Below are positions 17,741 to 26,693 of a DNA stretch of 32,789 nt, in pieces; position 1 is the first letter of the stretch, and each line of letters opens with the position of its first letter. Below the pieces are notes generated by a model. The model was not told the origin of the DNA. It ran no database searches and worked only from the letters and a program-made list of their open reading frames with translations. Made by a program: the position numbers and the translations under genes. Origin of the DNA: a bacterium (GTDB lineage: Bacteria > Bacillota > Clostridia > Christensenellales > Borkfalkiaceae); assembly GCA_963660735.1 (NCBI GenBank), contig CAVLAV010000001.1:1-32789 (forward strand), written 5' to 3'.

Positions 17741-18640
17741 ATGGCTGGCGAAATTGACGAAAAGAATTTATCGCTTTTAGACGGTGAAGATACCGACGAC
17801 AGTGAGGAAATCGAGAACGACGAGAATTTTGACCTTGACGGCGATTCAGACGAGGAACTCGGTGCGGCTGCCGACGAAGAATCGGAAACGGACGAAAGCG
17901 AAGATACCGACGACGAGGTAGATCTTGACGAGGACGACGAACTGGACGAATCCGAAAACTCGGACGAGCAAAGCGACGAAAACGGCGGCTCGGACGATAG
18001 CGGCGAAGATAACAACAGCACCGCCGCCGACAGTCAGGACGAAAAAGACGCTATCATAGCAAGCCTTAAAAAACAAAACAGTAAATTCCGCGCTCAGGCA
18101 AAGGAAACGCTGGTAAAACTCGGTATTAAGGTTGACGGTGATAACGTTGAGGAGGCATTAGAGCAAGCGGCAGCGGAATCGGACGGCGTAAGCCTTGAAG
18201 AATACCGCAAGACGAAGAACGACGCGGCAGAAGTCGAACAGGCGCGCGAAACTCTCAGACGGCAAAAGTTTGAAACTCTCGCGGCAAACGACCTTGCCGA
18301 ATTAAAAAAATCGTTCCCCGACCTGCTTGAAACTAAGCAGATTAAAGACGCTTTTACGAATATCGACGAATTTGCGAAATTCGGACGGCTCAGAGATAGC
18401 GGAATAGACGCAAAAACCGCATATCTGGCAGTTAAAGGTAACGACGTAAGGGCGAAACAGTCCGCGGCGGCAACGCAAAAAGCGGCAAACGACGGCAAAA
18501 ATCACATAACGTCCGTTGCGCCGAAAAAGGCAGCGGGCGACGGCATTACAATGCCGAAATCTACTCTCAAAGAGTGGCGGGAAATGTTCCCGCGCAAAAC
18601 GGATAAAGAGATTATCCAACTTTACAAAAAAACTTTATAA
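17741..18640 (+). CDS. Head scaffolding protein (putative) with a hyper-acidic N-terminal extension
   Basis: AAGGAGG RBS. Located two genes upstream of the capsid gene. The C-terminal ~200 aa are helical and charged (AQAKETLVKLG..., ETLRRQKFETLAANDLAELKK), which is typical of scaffolds. The first ~100 aa are roughly half D/E. Confidence 0.55.
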   Translation: MAGEIDEKNLSLLDGEDTDDSEEIENDENFDLDGDSDEELGAAADEESETDESEDTDDEVDLDEDDELDESENSDEQSDENGGSDDSGEDNNSTAADSQDEKDAIIASLKKQNSKFRAQAKETLVKLGIKVDGDNVEEALEQAAAESDGVSLEEYRKTKNDAAEVEQARETLRRQKFETLAANDLAELKKSFPDLLETKQIKDAFTNIDEFAKFGRLRDSGIDAKTAYLAVKGNDVRAKQSAAATQKAANDGKNHITSVAPKKAAGDGITMPKSTLKEWREMFPRKTDKEIIQLYKKTL

Positions 18641-18652
18641 GGAGCAAACACA

Positions 18653-19066
18653 ATGTTTAATCTTAGAAAAATTATCAATGGCAGAATGAATGTCCCCGAA
18701 ATGGAACTTTTGCCCGTAACCGCGAGCGAAAGTTTCGTTATGGGCGAGGCACTCGTTCTTTCCAGCGGGAAACTGACGAAAGCCAGTGGTACCACGAAAC
18801 CTACTCACATTGCGGCGAAAGATTATACCGCGCCCGCGTCTGGGGCTGAAAAATTGCCTTGTTACAGAATTGCAAAAAATATGGTTTTTGCTGTTCCCGT
18901 AACTTATTCCAGTACGGCAGTTGCGGTTGTTCTCGGCAGCAAAGTAACCGTTGACAGTAACGGTTTAGGCGTTACGGACGTAACCACCAGCGGCGTTGCG
19001 ACCGTTGTCGATACTCTCGACGCGAAAACTGCCGCTGGCGACGAAATCGAAGTAATCTTCGAGTAA
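18653..19066 (+). CDS. Putative head decoration or accessory capsid protein
   Basis: A 137-aa beta-rich protein between the scaffold and major capsid genes, the same position as decoration protein D in lambda. The composition is G/V/T/A-rich and DUF2190-like. The call rests on synteny and composition only. Confidence 0.35.
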   Translation: MFNLRKIINGRMNVPEMELLPVTASESFVMGEALVLSSGKLTKASGTTKPTHIAAKDYTAPASGAEKLPCYRIAKNMVFAVPVTYSSTAVAVVLGSKVTVDSNGLGVTDVTTSGVATVVDTLDAKTAAGDEIEVIFE

Positions 19067-19085
19067 TTTACAGGAGGCATATAAA

Positions 19086-20135
19086 ATGAGTATTATTTTC
19101 TCTAAACTTGCGGGCGCGAACGATCCGTATATCGGAAAGTTTGAACACCCGATTAAAGCACTTATCGAAAACGAGAGCAACGACCTCGAAAAAAAGAAAA
19201 CCCTGCTTGACGTTCTCTACAACGTCGAAAAATCGAAACGTTACGCCGAAACCGTAATGGGACAAGGCGATTTCGGTTTATTCCAGAGCGCGAAAGAGGG
19301 TGCGGGTGCGGAAAACGACGCGCCTGAGGGTGGTTTCAAAAAGACGATTGAGCATATTCCCTTTATGAAAGAGTTTACTATCACAAAGGAAATGCTCGAC
19401 GACGCGAAATTCGGACTTCCCGCAGAGTTCAGAAACAGACCGAAAGGGTTTATCCGTTCGTATTACAGAACGCGCGTTAAACTCGGCGCGTGGGCTTTGG
19501 CGCACGGCACGAGCGCAAGCGGCACGTTTAACAAGGCTACCGTCGATTTAACCGTGGGCGACGGCTTGCCGCTTTTCCACAACGCACATAAATACGCCGC
19601 AACGAAATTCAAAGGCAAAACGCAGTCGAATTTCTATTACGACGATAAACTTTGCGGCGATACCGCGAAACTTGAAAAATCTCTCGGCGTTCTCGCGAAC
19701 AAAATGCGTAACTTTAAGGACGAAAACGGCGAAACGCTCGGCTATACGCCCGATATTATCGTGTTACCGTCCAACCGCCCCGAACTCGAAATCGACGTTA
19801 AAAAGGTTATCGGTTCGGAAAGAACGACTGGTACGGACTACAACGATATCAATACGCAGTACGGCAACTGGACTATCGTAATTCTCGACGGCTGGGAAAC
19901 CGACGACGACAGATTTATGCTTATGTCCTCCGAGGCAAACGAGAATTTGCTCGGCAATATGTTCTACAACCGCGTTGCGCTCGATATTAAGAGCGAGGTT
20001 GATATTCATACCCGTAACCTTATTTACAACGGTTACTGCCGTATGGGTATAGGTTTCTCGAACTGGAAACACATTTTGCTTGCCGTCAAATCTTCGTCCG
20101 CAGTTACCAACGCCACCGATTTGGCACTTGCTTAA
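19086..20135 (+). CDS. Major capsid protein
   Basis: A 349-aa ORF with a GGAGG RBS, downstream of the scaffold gene and followed by a structured, terminator-like region. The translation has the general look of Mu gpT / lambda E-type capsid proteins (N-terminal ...DPYIGKFE..., C-terminal ...YNGYCRMGIGFSNW...). Confidence 0.7.
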   Translation: MSIIFSKLAGANDPYIGKFEHPIKALIENESNDLEKKKTLLDVLYNVEKSKRYAETVMGQGDFGLFQSAKEGAGAENDAPEGGFKKTIEHIPFMKEFTITKEMLDDAKFGLPAEFRNRPKGFIRSYYRTRVKLGAWALAHGTSASGTFNKATVDLTVGDGLPLFHNAHKYAATKFKGKTQSNFYYDDKLCGDTAKLEKSLGVLANKMRNFKDENGETLGYTPDIIVLPSNRPELEIDVKKVIGSERTTGTDYNDINTQYGNWTIVILDGWETDDDRFMLMSSEANENLLGNMFYNRVALDIKSEVDIHTRNLIYNGYCRMGIGFSNWKHILLAVKSSSAVTNATDLALA

Positions 20136-20142
20136 CCTAAAC

Positions 20143-20230
20143 TCGCAGTCGCCCGCGCGTTCCCCGCTTTGCAACACTGCGATTTAGAATTTCAGCGGGG
20201 CTTGTAGTTATGAGATACGAGCCCCGTCTG
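20143..20230 (+). terminator. Structured intergenic RNA or leaky terminator after the capsid gene
   Basis: Three possible stems:
- TCGCAGT (20143-20149) with ACTGCGA (20176-20182)
- CCCCGCT (20162-20168) with AGCGGGG (20194-20200)
- CGGGGCT (20196-20202) with AGCCCCG (20220-20226)
The last two compete for the same G-run. The region is followed by AAAATATTTT. Confidence 0.45.
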
Positions 20231-20256
20231 AAAATATTTTAACAGGAGGTTTTGTA

Positions 20257-21174
20257 ATGACCATAAAAGAACTCTACGATTCCGTAGCGCAGTTAGGCTT
20301 TGAAACCTCGCTCGAAGATAACGACAGATTTTACTTAGCCGTAAACAGGGCTGTTATTCAGATAAATCGGTTAAGACCGAAAACAAAAGTATACGAATTA
20401 AGCCATTTCCCGATAGAAAATTTACTCGGAAATGACAAGGGCGAGCCCGTCAGTAATGACGACGAGGCTCTTATTTTCGTTGCCGACGGCGCAAAGGCTT
20501 ATTATTTTGAGTGCAACGGTAACGGAACTATGATTATCGAAAAACACATTGCCGACGACGACTGGGCTGTAATCGGCTCGGAAACTCTCACGAGTGCCGA
20601 CGGCAGTTTTACCGAATACAGAGGGTTTATCAAAGACGGCAGCGATTTTTATACTGGAACAGTGCGCCTGCGCTTTGCTGGCGATTACGTTTATCAGGTA
20701 AAAAACGTTGCAATGTATGATAAATTACGCTCTGATAAAGCAGCGGATATTCCCGCATTTTCGGAATACGTTGCTTATGATTTTACTAGCCTCGCAAACG
20801 ATTTCGCCTCGTTTGTGCGTCCTCCGATAGCGGACGCGGGGCAGAGTAAGGGTTTTTTGCTCGATTCAGATTATTTTGTTTCTGGCGACAAAACGCTCCT
20901 TATTCCCGCGTCTGTTAGAGGCTTATATCGCGTTAGGTATAACAAAAAAATCGCGTCAATCAATCAAGACGAAGATACGGAAACGACGAATATCGACCTT
21001 GACGACGATTTGTGCGCGATTTTACCTAACCTTGTGGCGGCTTATATCTGGGTTGACGACGAGCCGACCAAGGCAGAGTATTATCTCTCGCTTTACCGCG
21101 AACAGGCAGCCGAAATTTATGCTACCGCAAAGAAATTCGAGCCTATCGTTTACAGGAACAGAAACGGGTGGTAA
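20257..21174 (+). CDS. Hypothetical virion structural protein (head-tail adaptor position)
   Basis: A 305-aa ORF with a GGAGG RBS, the first gene after the capsid gene. No motif recognised. Confidence 0.35.
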   Translation: MTIKELYDSVAQLGFETSLEDNDRFYLAVNRAVIQINRLRPKTKVYELSHFPIENLLGNDKGEPVSNDDEALIFVADGAKAYYFECNGNGTMIIEKHIADDDWAVIGSETLTSADGSFTEYRGFIKDGSDFYTGTVRLRFAGDYVYQVKNVAMYDKLRSDKAADIPAFSEYVAYDFTSLANDFASFVRPPIADAGQSKGFLLDSDYFVSGDKTLLIPASVRGLYRVRYNKKIASINQDEDTETTNIDLDDDLCAILPNLVAAYIWVDDEPTKAEYYLSLYREQAAEIYATAKKFEPIVYRNRNGW

Positions 21175-21177
21175 GGT

Positions 21178-23826
21178 ATGGCGTATTCATTTAAGACAAA
21201 GGAAAATCTCAGCAAAGGAACGACTGAATATAACAGATATTACGGCAGTTTCAGGGGCGTTGACTTTTCCAACGACCATACGCAAGTAAACTCGTCGCGG
21301 CTTGCTTATGCCGTAAATATGTACAAAGATTATCGCAGTAAGCAAGGCGTTGCGCTGGAAACCGTCGCAGGCTTTCGTAAACGCTGTTATTTTGCGAAAA
21401 AACCGACAATCGACGCAAACGGAAAAGCGACTGGCTTATTTACGGAAACCAGCGAAAAAGAAATTTACGGCATTATCTATTTTCAGCATAAATCGGACGA
21501 TACAGTAAAAACAAGCGTGCTCGTTCACAGCGGCAAACGCCTTTATTTGTGGCGTAATTATCCGCTCTCAATGAATGTGCCGACGGCGGGCAAAATAACG
21601 CTCTCAGAGCCTGTTTCAGAGGTTGAAACAAACGGTACGACGATTAAGACTTTCAACGTTACATTGCCGTTTTCTTGCGAGGCTGTAATCGGTCTGCATA
21701 GGCAAACGGGCGAGGATATTACGCTCAATATTTCAAAATATACAGCGTCAAGCAAGACGCTGGAAATCGTAAGTTCCGAACTGCTTGCAGAGGAAATGCT
21801 CGATATTTCGTATTATGAGGGCGTATCAAAGGATAGCAACTTGCTTTTTTCGTCTATGAACGAACATAAGAGTCAGCACTTTGTTTTTAATAACAGGCTG
21901 TATATTCTGGACGGGAAAAATTATCTCGTATACGACGGCAGCAGTATTTCGCAGGTAAAAAATTCCGCGTATATTCCGACAACGTATATCGGCATAATTC
22001 CCGCTGGCGCAAATGCGGATATAGGCACAGAGTACGAACAGCGCAATCTTCTTACGCCGAAATTTAAGCATACGTTTGTTGCCGACGGAACGACGAAAGA
22101 ATTTTTAATGAACGAGAACAATCTCGATTCCGTCGTTTCCGTTAAAGTTTACGGTGCGACAAAAACGGTAGGTACCGATTATACGGTAGACCTTACAAAC
22201 GGCAAAATAACCTTTACCGCCGCTCCCGCAAAACCCGAAAATTCGGGCTACGAACAAGGTTATGCGGGCATTGAAATAACAGCGTCAAAAGTATATACGT
22301 CAATAGACGGCGTAACCGATAATATGTCGGATATTTCGGAATTGATTTCAAAGTGTACGCTTTGTACGACTTATGACGGCAGGGTTTTCTGCACGGGAAA
22401 CCCAGATTATCCGAATTACGTTTTTTATTGCGGCAGGAACAGTACGGGCTACGCAGATCCGTCTTATTTCTGCATTCTCAATTATATGCAGGACGGTGTG
22501 GGGTTATCGCCCATAACGGGCATTATGTGCGTTTCTGATACGCTTATGGTGCTTAAAGCGGACACACAACAGGATAGTTCGATTTATTTTCATACTGCGA
22601 CAGACAGCAGTCAAAATTTACTGCCGCGCATTTATCCGTCCGTTCAGGGCTTATCTGGACTGGGTTGCGTCGGGGCGTGCTGCAACTTCCTTGACGATCC
22701 GATTTTTATTTCTCGGCTCGGCGTTGAGGGCGTTTCACAGTTAAAAATATCGTCCGAAAGAGCGAACGAGCATAGGTCTTACCTTATCGACGCAAAACTC
22801 GTTAATTCCGAACTGAAAAATTGCGTACTTGAAGAGTGGGGCGGCTATTTGTGTCTTTTGGTAGACGGAAACATTTTTCTTGCCGACAGCAGACAAAAAT
22901 ACGCCGACGAAACAGGCGCATTGCAATACGAGTGGTATTACTTAGAGGGTATCGGCGTTTATGACGGACAATATAAAGAGTATCACTATTCAAGCATTTT
23001 GCCGACCGAGTTCAAAGATATAAAGATAACCCACGAGGATATAGAGTACGATATAGAACTTGCACAGGCGGTATATTATTCCGATACGGACGAAACGAAA
23101 GATTTGCGCGGTACGGTTGCAAATTCGGCAGACGACAGCGGAAACGAAAGCCGTCAGGTATATTCGCAGTTTGTAACGGCGAATTTCAACGGTATGGAAA
23201 TACAGGTAAATATATTCTATACCATTCACGAAGTCGTTGATATTTTCACGAATACGGTTAAAGAAAGGCATTTGTATTTATGCGAAGAATACGGCAATTA
23301 CACGGGCGGCGTTTTCAAAAAAGCAACTACGCTTAGTTCGATAGACGATAATTTGTTCTTTGGCTGCGTAAACGGCGTTGTATGTTCTTTTAATTTCGAC
23401 CAAAGGAACGACGACGGCGAATTGCCGCCGAAAACATACAATTTCGACGAAAGAACGATTTTCAGCGGGTGCGCCACGCTTATGGATAACTGTCAAATTC
23501 CGCACCTTACAAAAACCACGATAAAGCGTTCTACGGTTATAAAAACAAAGTCTTTCCGCAATTCTGCCGCAAAGATTAAAGTCAGAACAAACAAAACTCC
23601 GTATAAGCAAATAGCGCGTATCAACAGTGCGTTGTTTTCGTTTGAAGATATGGACTTTTCCGATTTCTCTTTCAATACTACCGAGCAAAGCCTTTTTGCG
23701 GTAAAAGAAAAAGAGAAACAATGGGTTGAAAAGCAGTATTTTATTTATTCCGACGAGTATCTGAAACCGTTTGCGCTCTATTACGTTTCGTTCAGATACA
23801 GAGTGGCTGGACGATACAAAGAATAA
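21178..23826 (+). CDS. Large virion structural protein (putative tail or nozzle component)
   Basis: An 882-aa ORF tightly packed (3-nt gap) after the previous gene and lying before the tail fibre gene. It is beta-rich. Function inferred from position only. Confidence 0.4.
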   Translation: MAYSFKTKENLSKGTTEYNRYYGSFRGVDFSNDHTQVNSSRLAYAVNMYKDYRSKQGVALETVAGFRKRCYFAKKPTIDANGKATGLFTETSEKEIYGIIYFQHKSDDTVKTSVLVHSGKRLYLWRNYPLSMNVPTAGKITLSEPVSEVETNGTTIKTFNVTLPFSCEAVIGLHRQTGEDITLNISKYTASSKTLEIVSSELLAEEMLDISYYEGVSKDSNLLFSSMNEHKSQHFVFNNRLYILDGKNYLVYDGSSISQVKNSAYIPTTYIGIIPAGANADIGTEYEQRNLLTPKFKHTFVADGTTKEFLMNENNLDSVVSVKVYGATKTVGTDYTVDLTNGKITFTAAPAKPENSGYEQGYAGIEITASKVYTSIDGVTDNMSDISELISKCTLCTTYDGRVFCTGNPDYPNYVFYCGRNSTGYADPSYFCILNYMQDGVGLSPITGIMCVSDTLMVLKADTQQDSSIYFHTATDSSQNLLPRIYPSVQGLSGLGCVGACCNFLDDPIFISRLGVEGVSQLKISSERANEHRSYLIDAKLVNSELKNCVLEEWGGYLCLLVDGNIFLADSRQKYADETGALQYEWYYLEGIGVYDGQYKEYHYSSILPTEFKDIKITHEDIEYDIELAQAVYYSDTDETKDLRGTVANSADDSGNESRQVYSQFVTANFNGMEIQVNIFYTIHEVVDIFTNTVKERHLYLCEEYGNYTGGVFKKATTLSSIDDNLFFGCVNGVVCSFNFDQRNDDGELPPKTYNFDERTIFSGCATLMDNCQIPHLTKTTIKRSTVIKTKSFRNSAAKIKVRTNKTPYKQIARINSALFSFEDMDFSDFSFNTTEQSLFAVKEKEKQWVEKQYFIYSDEYLKPFALYYVSFRYRVAGRYKE

Positions 23827-23839
23827 GCGAGGTAACAAT

Positions 23840-25480
23840 ATGAGCGAAACAAAAACTTTACAAAAAATAACCGCTACGCAGATTACGAAAAACGGCGTTC
23901 AGGCGTTAGCAACGCGTCCGAACAATTCTTCGCAATACGGACAAGGCGGGTTATCCCCGACGGAATTAAAACTGTGGTTCGATAAACTTGCCACGTTTCT
24001 GGCTGGTAAAATCAATGAAATTCAAGACGCAATCTGCGGCGAGGACGCAGAAAGTTATATCCGCGTTGTTCTCGACGATTACGGCGTAAAAACACTGAAA
24101 GACCTTACCGAGGCGTTCATAAGCGGCGATTTTGCAAATAAAATTCTTAAACTTTATCCCACTGCGTCGGCAACGACGAAACAAACGCTGCAAGTGATTA
24201 TAAACAGTCTTGCCGCACAAATAATAAGTAACGATACGGATATTGCGACTCTTGAAAGCAAGAAACTCGATAAAGTAACTGCTACAAACACATATAAGCG
24301 GGCTTACATAATTATGCCCGACGGTTCGCAGGCTACCGTTCTTATTTCAGAAAGCCCTCTTGCTGGCGCAATTCCGCTCTATAACGCGAAAAATCAACTT
24401 TTTTGTGCAATTCCCACGGAGGCAAACGGCGCGACGAATAAGGGCTACACGGACACGCAGGACTTATTGCTCGGCTCGCAGATTGACCTTTCGATAGATA
24501 AATCTACCTACAAAATGAAAGCGGTACTAAAAAACTTTGAGGGTACTGTTTTAAGCGAAAGTAAGGAAATCGACTTACCGCTCGAACAAATGATTATTAA
24601 GGGCAGTTATAATGCGGCGACGAAAAAACTCACTTTAACGCTCCGAAATAATCAAGAGGGGGTTGATAATAACTCTATTGAAATTGATATATCCGACCTT
24701 ATCGACGGGCTTGTTTCCGAAACCCGAACGATAAACGGTAAACCGCTTAGCGGTAACATTGTGCTTTCCGCTGCCGACGTGGGGGCTTACAAGAAAAGCG
24801 AAACGTATTCAATGAGCGAAATCGACCAAAAAGAAATTTACGCTCACGCGGCTTTTTGGGCAGAAGAATCGGAACACGCGCGAAACTACACAAAGGGCGG
24901 CGGTATCGACAGAAAATTCAGGCGATACGACGACCTGCTTGCCGCCGCTGGGTTTAGCGTCGATGTATCACTCGACACGTCGAATTATCAACTTACCATA
25001 TCCCTTAAAAACAGCGAGGGCAAAGTTTTAAGTTCGGGTATGGTTGATTTGCCTATCGAAAGCCTTATATCCAACGGCTCGTATAAGAACGGAATTTTAA
25101 CTCTTACGTTGCAAAGCGGCAACGTTATAAATATCGACGTTTCTTCGCTTATAAGCGGGCTCGTTGCGGATAGCAGGAAAATCAACGGCAAGCCGCTTAC
25201 TGCGGATATTGTACTTACTGCCGCCGACGTAGGGGCTGCCGCAAGCGGCGACGTTTACAAAAAAGCGGAAACCTACTCGAATACAGAAATCAATAAGAAA
25301 GTTTCCGACGCTTGTCAGGAATTGAGAGTAACGATAGAAAACGAACACCAGAGCGTCGGCTCGTCTTATTACTCGGTAGAGGCTGAAAAAGCCGCTGGCT
25401 ATACAAAGGGCGGCGAAATCGACAAAGCAATTAAATCAATCAAAGATAGGCTCACGAGCCTTGAAAATAACAATCAATAA
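23840..25480 (+). CDS. Tail fibre protein with an internal ~160-aa duplication
   Basis: ATG at 23840 after GAGG. The longer track ORF from 23771 overlaps the previous gene. It carries two copies of the fibre-type motif INGKPL(S/T)xxIVL(S/T)AADVGA and of the surrounding module. Confidence 0.65.
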   Translation: MSETKTLQKITATQITKNGVQALATRPNNSSQYGQGGLSPTELKLWFDKLATFLAGKINEIQDAICGEDAESYIRVVLDDYGVKTLKDLTEAFISGDFANKILKLYPTASATTKQTLQVIINSLAAQIISNDTDIATLESKKLDKVTATNTYKRAYIIMPDGSQATVLISESPLAGAIPLYNAKNQLFCAIPTEANGATNKGYTDTQDLLLGSQIDLSIDKSTYKMKAVLKNFEGTVLSESKEIDLPLEQMIIKGSYNAATKKLTLTLRNNQEGVDNNSIEIDISDLIDGLVSETRTINGKPLSGNIVLSAADVGAYKKSETYSMSEIDQKEIYAHAAFWAEESEHARNYTKGGGIDRKFRRYDDLLAAAGFSVDVSLDTSNYQLTISLKNSEGKVLSSGMVDLPIESLISNGSYKNGILTLTLQSGNVINIDVSSLISGLVADSRKINGKPLTADIVLTAADVGAAASGDVYKKAETYSNTEINKKVSDACQELRVTIENEHQSVGSSYYSVEAEKAAGYTKGGEIDKAIKSIKDRLTSLENNNQ

Positions 25481-25497
25481 TAACAGGAGGACAAACA

Positions 25498-26607
25498 ATG
25501 TTATTAGAAAAAACAAAAATCTATGGCGTTGACGGCGTGGGGAACTCTACGCCCACGCTTACCAGAACGGACGCTGCGGCGGGGCTTTCTTATGCTCGCG
25601 GCGTGAGTGAAATCACGAGCGACTTCGACAAGTGTTTCCCGTGGTGTGAAATGAAAGAGGTTGTGGACGAATACGGAAACGTGTTTATTCGCATACCGAA
25701 ATTTTATACCAAAATCACGAAAAACGACGACGGCTCTTACAAACACCAAATTTCTGGTTGCCGTTACGACGGGTTCGGAACTCTTTTTGTTGACGGAAAA
25801 GGCAATGAACTCGATTATATCCTTGTCGGAAAATACGAGGGTTCTGCGGTTGCGTCGGGTGATACAAATTACGACGCAAGCAATGCGAAAGTTAAGTCGA
25901 AATCGGGGCAGACCGTTCTCGTAAATATTACGAGAGGAACGTATAGAACGCGTTGCCGTAACGTGGGTAAGGGCTACCAGCAGTACGATTTTTTAATTGA
26001 CGCAATCATTAAAGAATTGTTTATGATTGAGTTCGCAACCACGAACTCGCAGAGCGTAATGCAAGGCTGGACGGACGGCTCGAATACCGCCGCGCTTGTT
26101 ACGGGGCATACCGACCTTGTAAAAACCGCGTCGGGCTCGTGGAATACTAACCACGTTGAGGACTGCGCGACTTGCAACACGGACGGTAAGCACGCCTGCA
26201 AGTATAGAGGTATCGAAAACCCGTTCGGCAATGTCTGGAAATGGTGCGACGGTATCAATTTTGACGTTGAAAAAATTTATGTCTGCGAAGATCCCGAATT
26301 TTATGCCGACGATAAACACGACGCGCCTTATACCTATATGGGCGACAGACTTATGTCTGAGGGTTATTTGAAAGAGGTTACGCCGTTTGCTAAAAACCCT
26401 CTCTTAGGTTACGCAACCGCGATAGGCGCGAGCAGTACGACGTATTATAGCGACTATTATTACGTCAACAACACGGGCACCGTGTTGTTCTGCGGCGGGT
26501 ACTGGTATAGCGGCGCGCTTGCGGGGCTCTGGGGCTGGAATGGGCGCTACACCGCGTCGTACGCGAACTCGGACATCGGCGGGCGTCTTTGTTATAAACC
26601 TCTTTGA
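25498..26607 (+). CDS. DGR target protein: C-type-lectin/FGE-like receptor-binding tail protein carrying the VR at its C-terminus
   Basis: AGGAGG RBS. Positioned right after the tail fibre gene. The last 43 aa (TVLFCGGYWYSGALAGLWGWNGRYTASYANSDIGGRLCYKPL) are encoded by the VR and have the CGG.W...IGxR pattern typical of CLec-fold DGR variable regions. Confidence 0.85.
   Translation: MLLEKTKIYGVDGVGNSTPTLTRTDAAAGLSYARGVSEITSDFDKCFPWCEMKEVVDEYGNVFIRIPKFYTKITKNDDGSYKHQISGCRYDGFGTLFVDGKGNELDYILVGKYEGSAVASGDTNYDASNAKVKSKSGQTVLVNITRGTYRTRCRNVGKGYQQYDFLIDAIIKELFMIEFATTNSQSVMQGWTDGSNTAALVTGHTDLVKTASGSWNTNHVEDCATCNTDGKHACKYRGIENPFGNVWKWCDGINFDVEKIYVCEDPEFYADDKHDAPYTYMGDRLMSEGYLKEVTPFAKNPLLGYATAIGASSTTYYSDYYYVNNTGTVLFCGGYWYSGALAGLWGWNGRYTASYANSDIGGRLCYKPL
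26480..26593 (+). repeat. DGR variable region (VR)
   Basis: A gap-free 114-bp alignment to 26694-26807 (offset 214). 98 of 114 positions are identical, and all 16 differences fall at adenines of the other copy. Confidence 0.9.
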
Positions 26608-26616
26608 GGGGGCTAA

Positions 26617-26634
26617 CGGGGGAAACTTCCCCCG
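26617..26634 (+). promoter_or_regulatory. GC-rich hairpin downstream of the VR (DGR target-recognition hairpin; may double as a terminator)
   Basis: CGGGGGA aact TCCCCCG: a 7-bp stem with a 4-nt loop, 23 nt after the end of VR/TR homology and followed by an A/T-rich run. Confidence 0.6.
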
Positions 26635-26693
26635 AAAAAAGAAAAATTTTTCTCACAGTTATCTATAAAAATGGGGTTATAAACCGAACACAG

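Noticed and set aside
17695-18021. A 108-aa Ser-rich minus-strand ORF.
   Set aside because: It is the antisense reading of the GA-rich DNA encoding the acidic scaffold N-terminus. It is a low-complexity artefact.
23771-23839. An upstream extension of the tail-fibre ORF (start at 23771 in the track).
   Set aside because: It overlaps the end of the 882-aa gene and has no RBS. The ATG at 23840 follows GAGG and the upstream stop.
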